From Nitrospirota bacterium (lineage in GTDB: Bacteria; Nitrospirota; Thermodesulfovibrionia; Thermodesulfovibrionales; Dissulfurispiraceae), in the NCBI GenBank assembly GCA_040754455.1, contig JBFMCP010000004.1:1-64000 (forward strand): a stretch of 64,000 bases of DNA, read 5' to 3'. Shown here piece by piece: positions 9,311-18,909 of this stretch; position 1 is the stretch's first letter, and each line of letters begins with the position of its first letter. A model generated the notes under the pieces. That model did not search any database. It saw only the letters and a list, made by a program, of their open reading frames with translations, and had not been told where the DNA came from. Position numbers and translations under genes: made by a program.

Positions 9311-10186
9311 TTACTTTTCATTTCTCACTTCCCATTTCTTACTTGTTTTCATGATTTCTCTTCTCGCCTCACCAATGGTGAGCGGTATCTTTTCGAAAGG
9401 TACGTTATCTTCGTGCTTCAGCCGGTAGATCAGCTCGGCGACCTGGGGAAGCCGCAGCTTCACCTGCGACAGATCATCAGGAGCATTAAAGACCTCCTCG
9501 GGAGTGCCGCCCCGCGCAATACCGCCTTTGCTTAAAATGTAGAGGCGATGGAGGAAGAGCGGCACTAAGTCCACACTATGCGTTGCCATAACGATAGTGA
9601 CCCCCCTCTCCCTGTTCAGCCGTGTCAGGAGGCTCATCATCTTGTATTCACCCATAGGATCCAGTCCGGCAGTCGGCTCATCGAGGAGTAGAATCTCGTG
9701 TCCCATTGCCAGGAGGCCGGCAATACAGATCCTCTTCTTCTGACCGAAGCTCAGATGATGGATCGATTTCTTTGCATAGCCTTCCATTTCGACGTCACGT
9801 AAGGCACTCTGCACGCGCTCTGCCACCTCTTCCTCGGCAAATCCCATATTCAAAGGTCCGAAGGCAACATCCTCAAAGACCGTAGGAGCAAAGAGCTGGT
9901 CATCGGGGTTTTGAAACACGAGGCCGACTTTTTTGTAAATATCTCTGGGATGCAGCTTTCTGATCTCGATAGCGTCGAGATGGGCACTGCCTTTGAAGTC
10001 CTTCAGCAGTCCGTCCATAATCTTGAGCAAGGTTGTTTTCCCGGAGCCGTTTGATCCCAGTATGCCGATGAATTCACCCTCGCGTACATCCAAAGCTATA
10101 TGAGACAATGCACGGGTTCCGTCAGCATAATTGAACTCGTCTATTTTTACTGCGATCCTTGTTCTGTTTTGCATTATATCTGCCAC
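9311..10186 (-). CDS. cbiO: cobalt ECF transporter ATPase
   Basis: GSNGSGKTT, FQNPDDQLF, LSFGQKKR, LLDEPTAGLDP. Confidence 0.93.
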   Translation of the reverse strand: MADIMQNRTRIAVKIDEFNYADGTRALSHIALDVREGEFIGILGSNGSGKTTLLKIMDGLLKDFKGSAHLDAIEIRKLHPRDIYKKVGLVFQNPDDQLFAPTVFEDVAFGPLNMGFAEEEVAERVQSALRDVEMEGYAKKSIHHLSFGQKKRICIAGLLAMGHEILLLDEPTAGLDPMGEYKMMSLLTRLNRERGVTIVMATHSVDLVPLFLHRLYILSKGGIARGGTPEEVFNAPDDLSQVKLRLPQVAELIYRLKHEDNVPFEKIPLTIGEARREIMKTSKKWEVRNEK

Positions 10187-10926
10187 ACGAACCCCATAAT
10201 AAGAAGAAGCATGAGCGACGCAAGAATCTCGGAGGGCCTGAATGGTTTGTGCTTTAGCAGTGGCATATTGCCGTCATATCCCCTCTGGATCATCGAGACG
10301 GTGGTATTTTGACTATGCTCAAATGCCTTAAGCACCAATGAGCCCGTTAATGTTCCGAAAGAATTCAGCCCGCGGCGCATGTTTGAATAGCCAAGCCTGT
10401 TCCGCTGCGCCTGATAAATGACCATTGCCTCTTCGAAGAGGACAAAGATATAGCGATAGGCAAACATTAATATTTCAATAAACCCTTTGGGAACTCGAAG
10501 CCAGGCGAGTCCTGCCATGAGCTCGGTAAAGGGTGTGGCAAAGCCCAGCAAGGCAACGACGGACACAGCGCCGATGATGCGTGCTGCAATTACAAGACCG
10601 CTTATAAGGCCGTCCCTATGCCCTGTTATGGTCAAGCCGAAAATGTCGAAGGAAAAGAGTATGTCTCTGCCGGAGAAGAGAAACTTGATCAGTACCACCA
10701 TCCCTACAATAAAGACCGGCTCAGAGAACCTGAGCAGGAAGACCCTGACCGGAATGTTCATTCGCAGACAGAGGGCAAGGCAGAGAGAGGCTGTAATCAG
10801 CGGGAATGCAAAGCCTTTGTAGCTCAGAACCATAATAAGAAGCACTGCAGCCACCAGGATTTTTACCCGTGCATCTATTTTTGAAAGATGATGGTCTTTT
10901 TTAAAATGTTCGGAAAAGATATTCAT
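10174..10926 (-). CDS. cbiQ: cobalt ECF transporter T component
   Basis: IDARVK start, hydrophobic helices, YRYIFVL, RGYDG. Confidence 0.9.
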   Translation of the reverse strand: MNIFSEHFKKDHHLSKIDARVKILVAAVLLIMVLSYKGFAFPLITASLCLALCLRMNIPVRVFLLRFSEPVFIVGMVVLIKFLFSGRDILFSFDIFGLTITGHRDGLISGLVIAARIIGAVSVVALLGFATPFTELMAGLAWLRVPKGFIEILMFAYRYIFVLFEEAMVIYQAQRNRLGYSNMRRGLNSFGTLTGSLVLKAFEHSQNTTVSMIQRGYDGNMPLLKHKPFRPSEILASLMLLLIMGFVWQI

Positions 10927-10950
10927 TTATCTCACTATTGCCAGGACAAT

Positions 10951-11301
10951 TTATCCTTTTGTTGTCTTCGATAAAGCGTGATTTTCGTCAGTAGTACGGT
11001 CATCCTGCCTTTGCTCAATAAGTTTCCGCCACGAATACCCTGCTATAAACCCTCCGATTGCACCGGCAATCAGGAAAACAAACAGGAGCAGGTCTCCCTG
11101 ATCCGTGTTGATGAGCGGTTCTCGTGCTTCCCTTCCGTGTTCCTTGGCGAATTTTTCGACCACCGATTCATCAACGCCGCTCCATTTCTCGCTGCCGAAG
11201 GCAGCCAGAGAACAGAGTACAGAGAACAGAACACAGACTAAGACAACCCGTATTCTGTATTTATTTTTCTGACGTCTGACGTCTGACTCCTGTGTTTTCA
11301 T
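10951..11301 (-). CDS. small cobalt transporter membrane subunit (CbiN-like)
   Basis: Two hydrophobic segments around WSGVDESVVEK; lies between cbiM and cbiQ. Confidence 0.7.
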   Translation of the reverse strand: MKTQESDVRRQKNKYRIRVVLVCVLFSVLCSLAAFGSEKWSGVDESVVEKFAKEHGREAREPLINTDQGDLLLFVFLIAGAIGGFIAGYSWRKLIEQRQDDRTTDENHALSKTTKG

Positions 11302-12089
11302 ATCGTTACCTCTCCCGGTTTTATCACATGCATTTTCACAAGGAGATCCGGCCTTTTTTTGTAAAGCAGCGTTACCATCCCGGCTGTCATTGCCCCTTCA
11401 AGGATTCCGAGGGGGAGCTGGGTGGGGATAAAGGCGATGAGTATCTTCCAGAAAAGAGGGCTAAAGGGCGAGTCCCCCTTTATGCCTGATGCAAGTTCTG
11501 CCGATGTTGTGATGTATGTTGCCCAATCTGCAAGGAGTCCTGCTGCAAAGCCTGCAATCGACACGTTTATTTTCATGGTACGCAATGCCCTGAATGTCAA
11601 AAAGCCTGCAAACGATCCCATCACGCCCATCGAAACAATATCGGCACCCCAGGTGCTCAATCCTCCATGGGCGAGAAAAAGCGCTTGGATGAGGAGCGCA
11701 ACGGCAGTAATCAGGATACTGATCGCGGGCCCCACGAGAATCCCCGATATGCCGGTGCCGCAGGGATGGGAGCAGGTGCCTGCCGTCGGCACCGGTATGG
11801 GCATGCAGGAGATGATGAAGACCACCGCCGCCATAAGCCCGACAAGAGGTTTGAATGACAGATCGATGGATGATATCTTTTTAAGCTTATAAAGCCCATA
11901 GAGTACAAAAGGAACAGCAACGAGCGACCAGAAGAGTGCCCACTGAAAGGGAAGTATCCCTTCTGAGATATGCATTGCATGCGCATCCGAGACAGTGAAA
12001 AGTAGAAATGTAGGGAGAAAGAATCCTATCTTCTGTCCTTTTCCGTTTTCAGCCTTCTGTCTTTTGTCTTCAGGTTTTTGTCTTCTCAT
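11298..12089 (-). CDS. cbiM: cobalt ECF transporter substrate-binding component
   Basis: AHA-MHISEGILP N-terminus after a leader, GTCSHPCG, LAHGGLSTWG, TQLPLGILEG. Confidence 0.93.
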   Translation of the reverse strand: MRRQKPEDKRQKAENGKGQKIGFFLPTFLLFTVSDAHAMHISEGILPFQWALFWSLVAVPFVLYGLYKLKKISSIDLSFKPLVGLMAAVVFIISCMPIPVPTAGTCSHPCGTGISGILVGPAISILITAVALLIQALFLAHGGLSTWGADIVSMGVMGSFAGFLTFRALRTMKINVSIAGFAAGLLADWATYITTSAELASGIKGDSPFSPLFWKILIAFIPTQLPLGILEGAMTAGMVTLLYKKRPDLLVKMHVIKPGEVTI

Positions 12090-13081
12090 TCTTCCTCCGC
12101 CATTTTCAATAATGCATTTACAATTGCTACTGCTACAGGGGTGCCGCCTTTCCTGCTCAGGGTGGTGATGAAAGGGAATGATTGTGAGGCGAGCAATGCC
12201 TTTGACTCAAAGGCCTTTACAAAGCCTACCGGCACACCGACGACAAGAGGCGGTGAATCGATGAATTGGTGAATCGGTGACTTGAAAAGCTCTACTACTT
12301 TGAGCAGGGCAGTCGGTGCGTTGCCGATGGCGACGATGCCGACGTTTTCATCAAACCCTTTCTCGATGGCAATTTCCGCGCGTGTCTTTCCTGTTGTTTC
12401 CGAGAGCTGTGCCACATCATCATCCGAAATAGCGCAGATGACCTTTCCGCCCCATCGTTCAAGGCGTTTCTTGCTGATGCCCGTTTTCACCATCTCCACA
12501 TCGGTGAGGATGTTCTTCCCCGCCCTGATGGCCTTGATCCCCGCTGCAACTGCGTCCTTATGAAACGTAAGGGTCTGTTTAAAATCGAAGTCAGCGGTGG
12601 CATGAATGACGCGTTTTACGATGGGAAGCCGTTCTGCGGGGATGTCCCTGAGGTCGAGTTCCTCTTCGATAATCTCGAAGCTTCTCTTTTCAATCATCTC
12701 GGGGACATAGTTGCCGGCAGCATCGATTCTTTCCTTTACGATCTGGGCGAGCTTCTCATGAATGCCGAGCGGCTCGGTATAAATGAACTCGATGTCGGGA
12801 TAGGCGGCCCGGGCCTCAGCGATGATTTCCGGAATATCTTTGGTCACGTGCATTCCTGCACTCAGGAAGAAAGGATGAAGGACAATTCTCCCGGCACCGC
12901 TCCGGGCACATTCATCAATAGTTTCTTTGATATCCGGCGACACAAACTGGAGATAGGCGACCTTAACGCAATCACTGGCGCAGCCGGGGTGGACGGTGCT
13001 GTGCACCATGCTGCCTACCTGCTCGAGATTGTTAGCACCCTGTTTAGGACTGCCGTGGCCTACGAGTATTATCTTTTCCAT
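12086..13081 (-). CDS. cbiX/cbiC: CbiX cobaltochelatase-CbiC precorrin-8X methylmutase fusion
   Basis: N-part LVGHGS, PFFLSAGMHVTKDIP, EPLG.H; C-part IEKRSF, RVIHATAD, IGNAPTAL, GVPVGFV, GGTPVAVA. Confidence 0.9.
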   Translation of the reverse strand: MEKIILVGHGSPKQGANNLEQVGSMVHSTVHPGCASDCVKVAYLQFVSPDIKETIDECARSGAGRIVLHPFFLSAGMHVTKDIPEIIAEARAAYPDIEFIYTEPLGIHEKLAQIVKERIDAAGNYVPEMIEKRSFEIIEEELDLRDIPAERLPIVKRVIHATADFDFKQTLTFHKDAVAAGIKAIRAGKNILTDVEMVKTGISKKRLERWGGKVICAISDDDVAQLSETTGKTRAEIAIEKGFDENVGIVAIGNAPTALLKVVELFKSPIHQFIDSPPLVVGVPVGFVKAFESKALLASQSFPFITTLSRKGGTPVAVAIVNALLKMAEEE

Positions 13082-13088
13082 AATGCGG

Positions 13089-14597
13089 TTATATCTCCCT
13101 TATATAATGTACGAAGTTGCGGGCGATGCCGGAATTGCTCCCGAAGTGGACATGGATATAACTGGCGAGCGCTCTTTTCGTGCGGTATCCTTCGCTGAGG
13201 AGCGGCTGTCCCGATTTGTCTCTGACCGAGTAGATAGTCCCCATATCAGAAGTCAGCGTACAGAGACCGGAATTCAGACTTTTTTCTTTGTCTGTTCTCC
13301 GGCTTTTGGCTTCCGGCTTCCGATATCCGTCTTTTATCTGCGAGTAATGAAATTCATGCCCCCTGCAGGTTTCGCCCTTGGCCCCCAGAATGCAGTCCTC
13401 CTCGAGCAGAACCTCCCGGTACCCGAGACGGGACCTGCCCTTTTTCATCTCGGTCTCGAATGGAAAGGCCCCTACCATAGGGAAAAAGGTGCCGGTAAAA
13501 TCGTAAATGCCCTGCGAGAGATACATCAGTCCTCCGCATTCGGCATAAACAGGTTTGCCGGCCTGTATCCAATCATTGATACGATGAAGCATCGAGGCGT
13601 GTTTTGAGAGCTCACCTGCATAGAGTTCCGGATAGCCGCCGCCGATATAGAGGGCGTCTATATGTTCCGGCAGACGGTCATCAGAGAGAGGGCTGAAAGG
13701 AACGACTTCTGCCCCTCCCTCTCGCAATGCATCGAGATTGTCCTCGTAGTAAAAGCAGAAAGCCTTATCGTAAGCAATAGCAACTCGCGGTGGACGGGAG
13801 AATCGGTGCATCGATGAAGATGCTTTTCTTTTCTTCTCCGGGGCTCCCGTTCCCCGTTTCGTCGATGCAAGAAGTTTGTCTATATCGATATATTCCGATA
13901 CGGCATCCGCGAGCTTTTCGATATCCTCTTTTGCTAGAGGGCTCTCTTCAGCCACCGTAAGCCCGAGGTGGCGATGCGGGATCTCGAACTGCAGGTCCCG
14001 CGGGAGATACCCGAGGACTGGGATGTCCTTAACACTCTCCTTGAGCCGCGCATAGTGGCTCTCGGAAGCGACACGATTGAAGATGACCCCGGCAATTCCA
14101 GGAGCCGGAGAATCGGAAGATCGGTGCATCGGTAAATCGGTGAGTTCTCCGCTTCTGAGAGTGGTTTTCTCCATGTCGCTGTATCTCCGTGTCTCCGCAT
14201 CATAAGAAATGAATCCCTTCACCACCGCTCCTGCGCTTTCGGCCATTCCGTATGCATCGACAACGAGGAGTACCGGGAGTCCGAGGAGCTGTGCCAGGAG
14301 AGCGGTGCTGCTATCGCCGTCGTACATGCCCATGACCCCTTCGACCACGGTGATATCCGCATCTGCCGCATATCGCCCGAAACAATCGATGACGTAGTCC
14401 TGTCCGCACATCCATATATCAAGGTTCCTGGAGGGCCGCCCGGTAATAAGCCGGTGCAGCCCGGCATCGATGAAGTCAGGTCCTGTCTTGAAGGCCTGAA
14501 CCTCCAGGCCCTTTTCCCTGAGTGCAGCAAGGATACCGAGTGTTACGGTAGTTTTGCCGCAGCCGCTATGTGTGCCCGCTATGACGATGCCCTGCAT
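13089..14597 (-). CDS. cbiA: cobyrinate a,c-diamide synthase
   Basis: SGCGKTT, FKTGPDFID, EGVMGMYDG, GGGYPEL, AECGGLMYL, GHEFHYS. Confidence 0.95.
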   Translation of the reverse strand: MQGIVIAGTHSGCGKTTVTLGILAALREKGLEVQAFKTGPDFIDAGLHRLITGRPSRNLDIWMCGQDYVIDCFGRYAADADITVVEGVMGMYDGDSSTALLAQLLGLPVLLVVDAYGMAESAGAVVKGFISYDAETRRYSDMEKTTLRSGELTDLPMHRSSDSPAPGIAGVIFNRVASESHYARLKESVKDIPVLGYLPRDLQFEIPHRHLGLTVAEESPLAKEDIEKLADAVSEYIDIDKLLASTKRGTGAPEKKRKASSSMHRFSRPPRVAIAYDKAFCFYYEDNLDALREGGAEVVPFSPLSDDRLPEHIDALYIGGGYPELYAGELSKHASMLHRINDWIQAGKPVYAECGGLMYLSQGIYDFTGTFFPMVGAFPFETEMKKGRSRLGYREVLLEEDCILGAKGETCRGHEFHYSQIKDGYRKPEAKSRRTDKEKSLNSGLCTLTSDMGTIYSVRDKSGQPLLSEGYRTKRALASYIHVHFGSNSGIARNFVHYIREI

Positions 14598-15655
14598 ACC
14601 CGTGCAAGCTCCTTGAGTAATCGACTGTTTTCTTTGTGAGACCGTACCGCTATCCTTATGTAGGAGCCCGCAATCCCAACGAAGTTGGAACAGTCCCTCA
14701 CCAGAATTCCCCTCTGCCGTAGCAGGCGGACTATTGTTGATGCATGCTCAATCCGTAGGAGATAGTAGTTTGCGGCAGAAGGAATATACGTTATCTGCAA
14801 GCGTTTCAACTCTCTCTCGATGAACTTTTTCTCCTCCCTGATAACCTTGAGCGTCTCCTTTTTATATGCGGCATCATCCAGCGCAGCAATGCCTGCTCTC
14901 TGGGCAAGGGTGCTTACGGTCCATGGCTCTTTATGTCTTTTTACGGTCTCTACAAGGGAGAGAGGGAAGACGCCGAAACCGAGGCGCAGTCCAGAGAGGG
15001 CATAGAACTTTGTCATTGACCGCAACACGATGAGATAGGGATTGGTCTCGACCTCCTTGATGATTGATTGTCCCGGCACAAAATCGATGAAGGCTTCATC
15101 AACAACGAGATGGCATTGTAACGCCCTTGCCGCATCTGCTATGCCGAGGAGGGTCTTTCTCTCGATGAGCCGTCCCGTCGGATTATTGGGATTACAGAGA
15201 AAGGCCAGAGTACAGCCTTCCATGGCATTGATGAAGTGGTCGGGATTGATATCGAAGCTGTTGCTTCCATCGAGCAGCGGATGCCTGATCGTTATCTTTT
15301 TTTCACGGTACTGTAGTTTCACTGCCCGTTCGTATTCACAGAACGTCGGTGCGGGAATGACCGCATGTGCGGATTTGAGCGCGCGTGCGACTAAATGGAT
15401 CAATTCGGTACTGCCATTGCCGCAGATGATCGATTCGTGATTGATCCCGTACTTCTTTCCGATCCGTGCTGCAAGTTGGCCTGCATCTGGATCGGGATAG
15501 TGGTAAAGATATCGGATATGCTTTCTGATTGCAGCGGCAACACTCTGAGGGACGCCAAGGGGATTGATCGAAGCGCTGAAATCGAGGATCTTCTGCTCCG
15601 GGACCTCCAGCTCCCGGGCTGCTCGGTAGATATTGCCGCCGTGGGATTCCATCAT
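14579..15655 (-). CDS. cobD: L-threonine-O-3-phosphate decarboxylase
   Basis: HGGN, DFSASINPLG, CNPNNPTG, DEAFIDF, RSMTKFYALSGLRLG. Confidence 0.92.
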   Translation of the reverse strand: MMESHGGNIYRAARELEVPEQKILDFSASINPLGVPQSVAAAIRKHIRYLYHYPDPDAGQLAARIGKKYGINHESIICGNGSTELIHLVARALKSAHAVIPAPTFCEYERAVKLQYREKKITIRHPLLDGSNSFDINPDHFINAMEGCTLAFLCNPNNPTGRLIERKTLLGIADAARALQCHLVVDEAFIDFVPGQSIIKEVETNPYLIVLRSMTKFYALSGLRLGFGVFPLSLVETVKRHKEPWTVSTLAQRAGIAALDDAAYKKETLKVIREEKKFIERELKRLQITYIPSAANYYLLRIEHASTIVRLLRQRGILVRDCSNFVGIAGSYIRIAVRSHKENSRLLKELARVCRASS

Positions 15656-16650
15656 GATACATGCCTCAGGGAGAGCAATGCGGCAGCAGCGCCGATGCCG
15701 AGCAGAGCAGTCGCTTTTGCGATCTGGAGTGCCAGTTCTGATGCCGCCATATAATCCTCTGCCCTGTTCTCACCGATATAGGGCTTTTCGAACAGTATGC
15801 CGCCATAGGTTGCAGGTCCGCCCATCCTGATGCCGATGGCGCCGGCCATGGCAGCTTCGGGAATGCCGCTGTTCGGGCTCGTATGGTTTCTGCCGTCGCG
15901 GCGCATGACCGCAAAGGAGGAGCGGGCGGCAGATGATGTCCGCCCTTTCTTCAAAAGGGTAATGATAAAAGTTGCGGCAACGATGAGCAGTCCGGTGATC
16001 CGTGCCGGCAGATAATTGGCGATATCATCCAGACGCGCTGCTGCCCAGCCGAAATGCAGGTACCGCCCGTTCTTGTACCCAACCATGGAGTCGAGGGTGT
16101 TGACCGCCTTGTAGGCGATGGCGAGCGGAAGGCCGCCGATGACCAGATAAAAGAGCGGAGCGATGATGCCGTCCGACAGGTTTTCTGAAAGCGTCTCCAT
16201 GGCTGCTTTCAGTATCTCTCTCTCGGAGAGGTTCCGGGTATCGCGGCCGACGATCATGCCGAGATAGTTCCGTGCTCCCTCGATATTTTTTGTGCTCACC
16301 GCATGGATGACAAGCCGGACCGCGGCAATGAGCTCCCGGACGGCAATCGTGGTCGAGACCAGGTAAACGAGGACGAGCGATCCGAGCGCTGTTCCGATAG
16401 TGCCGGGCAGTGTTCTTGCGACAGCAGTAATAAACAGAGCGACGAGGAAGGCAGGGATGACGATTGACACGACAAGGATGACGCCGCCGAGCCGCTCGCC
16501 TGAAGGCCCCTTCAGGTGGCTTCTGATCATTCTTTCCGCTCTGTCTATGGCGTGCCCCATACCCCGTACCGGATGGGGCAGCCATCGGGGGTCGCCGATC
16601 GCGCTATCGAGCAGAAAAGCGAGGAGCAGCTCTACCGGCGTTATCATCAT
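15652..16650 (-). CDS. cbiB: adenosylcobinamide-phosphate synthase
   Basis: GDPRWLPHPV, IVGRDT, ENLSDGIIAP, YKAVNTLDSMVGYK, SPNSGIPEAA; ATGA overlap with cobQ stop. Confidence 0.95.
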   Translation of the reverse strand: MMITPVELLLAFLLDSAIGDPRWLPHPVRGMGHAIDRAERMIRSHLKGPSGERLGGVILVVSIVIPAFLVALFITAVARTLPGTIGTALGSLVLVYLVSTTIAVRELIAAVRLVIHAVSTKNIEGARNYLGMIVGRDTRNLSEREILKAAMETLSENLSDGIIAPLFYLVIGGLPLAIAYKAVNTLDSMVGYKNGRYLHFGWAAARLDDIANYLPARITGLLIVAATFIITLLKKGRTSSAARSSFAVMRRDGRNHTSPNSGIPEAAMAGAIGIRMGGPATYGGILFEKPYIGENRAEDYMAASELALQIAKATALLGIGAAAALLSLRHVS

Positions 16651-18200
16651 AGCCCTATAATCCTCTTCACGAACTCCATGTCGATATGTTCCCTTACCAC
16701 TGCAGCCAGATTGTCGATCGCCCTGTCTTTCATACCGGCATAGCTGCAGGTTGATCCGAGGGGCGGCAAACCTTTTTTTATCCGTATACCGTCCACGACG
16801 CATCTTCTGAATGTGTCATTATCAAAAATGCCGTGGATATAAGTGCCCCAACAGTTTCCATTTCTCGAACCGTCGAGAACATAGGTGTCGATGAATCGGT
16901 GAATGGGTGAATCGGTGCTGTTGCCTCTCCTTTTCAGCTTGAACAGCCCGATATCTCCCGTACTCTCGCCCATGTGGATTTCGTAGCCCTTCAAGGTAAG
17001 GGAAGGGGAATCGGTGAATGGATGAATCGGCGAATCGAACATCGGTTCATTGATCTCCGCCTCGACCTGACAGGTAGTTTTGCGTTTCTCAAAGAGTGTT
17101 TCGATATTGAGAAGGCCTAACCCGTCTATCTCCTTATACGGGCTCTCGACGCCGTGGGGGTCCAGAAGCCTCCTTCCCAGCATTTGATAGCCGCCGCACA
17201 TTCCCATGACCTGGACTCCTTTTGCATGAGCACGCCGGATGCTTTCATCAATACCGTGCTCCCGTAAAAAAAGGAGGTCCTTTACCGTATTCTTCGAGCC
17301 GGGGATGATGACGAGGTCGGCATGCTCGATGTCCGCAGGATTTGTGGAATAGATGAGCGCTACATCGGGCTCGTAGACAAAAGGATCAAAATCCGTAAAA
17401 TTGGAAATAAAGCGAAGCTTTATTACAACGATCTTTACTACCGTTGCTCCCGTCTTCTGGTTACCGGCTCCTGACTTCCGGGCGAGCGCCATCCCGTCCT
17501 CTTCAGGCAAGCCGATATTATGGATATAGGGAAGGACGCCGATTACCGGTGTTCCTGTTTTATCCCGGATCATGTCGAGCCCCGGCTGGAGTATGGCGAG
17601 ATCGCCGCGGAACTTATTGATGAGGAATGCCTTGATGTGTCTGCTGTCCCTGCCGAGGAGCTTGACGGTGCCGTAGAGCGAGGCGAAAACACCCCCTTTA
17701 TCGATGTCACCCACGAGGACCACCGGTGCCCTGGTATGTTTTGCCACCGACATGTTCACTACATCGACATCCATGAGGTTGATCTCGGCAGGGCTCCCCG
17801 CACCCTCGATGATGATCAGTTCATGCTCTCTTGAAAGTCTGCTATAGGATTTTTTTACCGATTCCCAAGCCTCCTTTTTGAATGCATAATATTCCCGGGC
17901 CCTCATGGTGGCATGGACTTTGCCATGGATAATCACCTGGGACCCGATTTCTCCTGATGCCTTGAGGAGAATGGGGTTCATATCCACGGTTGGTGCGATC
18001 CGCGCTGCTTCTGCCTGGAGTGCCTGGGCTCTTCCAATCTCTCCGCCCTCTGCGGTGATGTAAGAATTGAGCGCCATATTCTGCGCCTTGAACGGCGCCA
18101 CAGCCTTTCCCTCATCCCTGAATATCCTGCAGAGGGCTGCAACGAGAAGGCTCTTGCCTGCACCCGAACCGGTGCCCTGTATCATCAATGCCTTAGCCAT
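16647..18200 (-). CDS. cobQ: cobyric acid synthase
   Basis: QGTGSGAGKS, PFKAQNM, EGAGSPAEINL, SNFTDFD, CGGYQMLG, GYEIHMG. Confidence 0.96.
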   Translation of the reverse strand: MAKALMIQGTGSGAGKSLLVAALCRIFRDEGKAVAPFKAQNMALNSYITAEGGEIGRAQALQAEAARIAPTVDMNPILLKASGEIGSQVIIHGKVHATMRAREYYAFKKEAWESVKKSYSRLSREHELIIIEGAGSPAEINLMDVDVVNMSVAKHTRAPVVLVGDIDKGGVFASLYGTVKLLGRDSRHIKAFLINKFRGDLAILQPGLDMIRDKTGTPVIGVLPYIHNIGLPEEDGMALARKSGAGNQKTGATVVKIVVIKLRFISNFTDFDPFVYEPDVALIYSTNPADIEHADLVIIPGSKNTVKDLLFLREHGIDESIRRAHAKGVQVMGMCGGYQMLGRRLLDPHGVESPYKEIDGLGLLNIETLFEKRKTTCQVEAEINEPMFDSPIHPFTDSPSLTLKGYEIHMGESTGDIGLFKLKRRGNSTDSPIHRFIDTYVLDGSRNGNCWGTYIHGIFDNDTFRRCVVDGIRIKKGLPPLGSTCSYAGMKDRAIDNLAAVVREHIDMEFVKRIIGL

Positions 18201-18909
18201 GAAAGCTTCCTAAAATTTCAGGTGCGAGATTGAGCCCTTTGACAACGGGATACCGCTCCCAGAATTCGATGATGTTTACTGCGCCGAAGTTCTGCTCTAT
18301 CCTGAAGATGTTCTCGAGCGGGATGCCAAGGATATGGCAGAGTACGATCCTGTTGACGCCGCCGTGCGCAACAATGGCGATGTTTTCGCCGCTGTGTCCC
18401 GCTAGGATGGTATCCAGCGCCTTGACGACCCTTTCTCTTACCTCCATGGTGCTCTCGCCGTTGATCGGACTGTATTTGAGCGGATTGGTGGCCCATGCCT
18501 CGAACTCTGCTGGATAACGCTCCTTTATCTCCGCGAAGGACATCCCCTCCCAGATGCCGAAGCTCCTTTCGCGCAGATCAGGGTGCACTATCGGCTGCAA
18601 TCCGTGAGGACCGGCAATGATCTCGGCACTTTTGGCCGCCCTGCTGAGCTGCGAACAGTACACTGCTGTGATATATGGGCCTGTTGCTGCGCTCTCTTTA
18701 TCATTGACCGGTACATTATGCACCTCTTTCAGGTAACTCAACTGCTGCGAAAGACGTGCGGCTTTATGGTGCTCGAAGAGGAAGTCAGCGACCTTTTTCG
18801 CCTGCTCGATGCCTCGTGCTGAGAGGGGGACATCGATGCTGCCCTTGTAGCGCTTGACCTCGCCCCCTTCGGTCTCGCCGTGTCTGATTAAATAAAGTGT
18901 TGTAACCAT
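18193..18909 (-). CDS. cobC: alpha-ribazole phosphatase (histidine phosphatase family)
   Basis: LIRHGET, LRERSFGIWEG, VAHGGVNR; start at ATG 18909. Confidence 0.88.
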   Translation of the reverse strand: MVTTLYLIRHGETEGGEVKRYKGSIDVPLSARGIEQAKKVADFLFEHHKAARLSQQLSYLKEVHNVPVNDKESAATGPYITAVYCSQLSRAAKSAEIIAGPHGLQPIVHPDLRERSFGIWEGMSFAEIKERYPAEFEAWATNPLKYSPINGESTMEVRERVVKALDTILAGHSGENIAIVAHGGVNRIVLCHILGIPLENIFRIEQNFGAVNIIEFWERYPVVKGLNLAPEILGSFHG

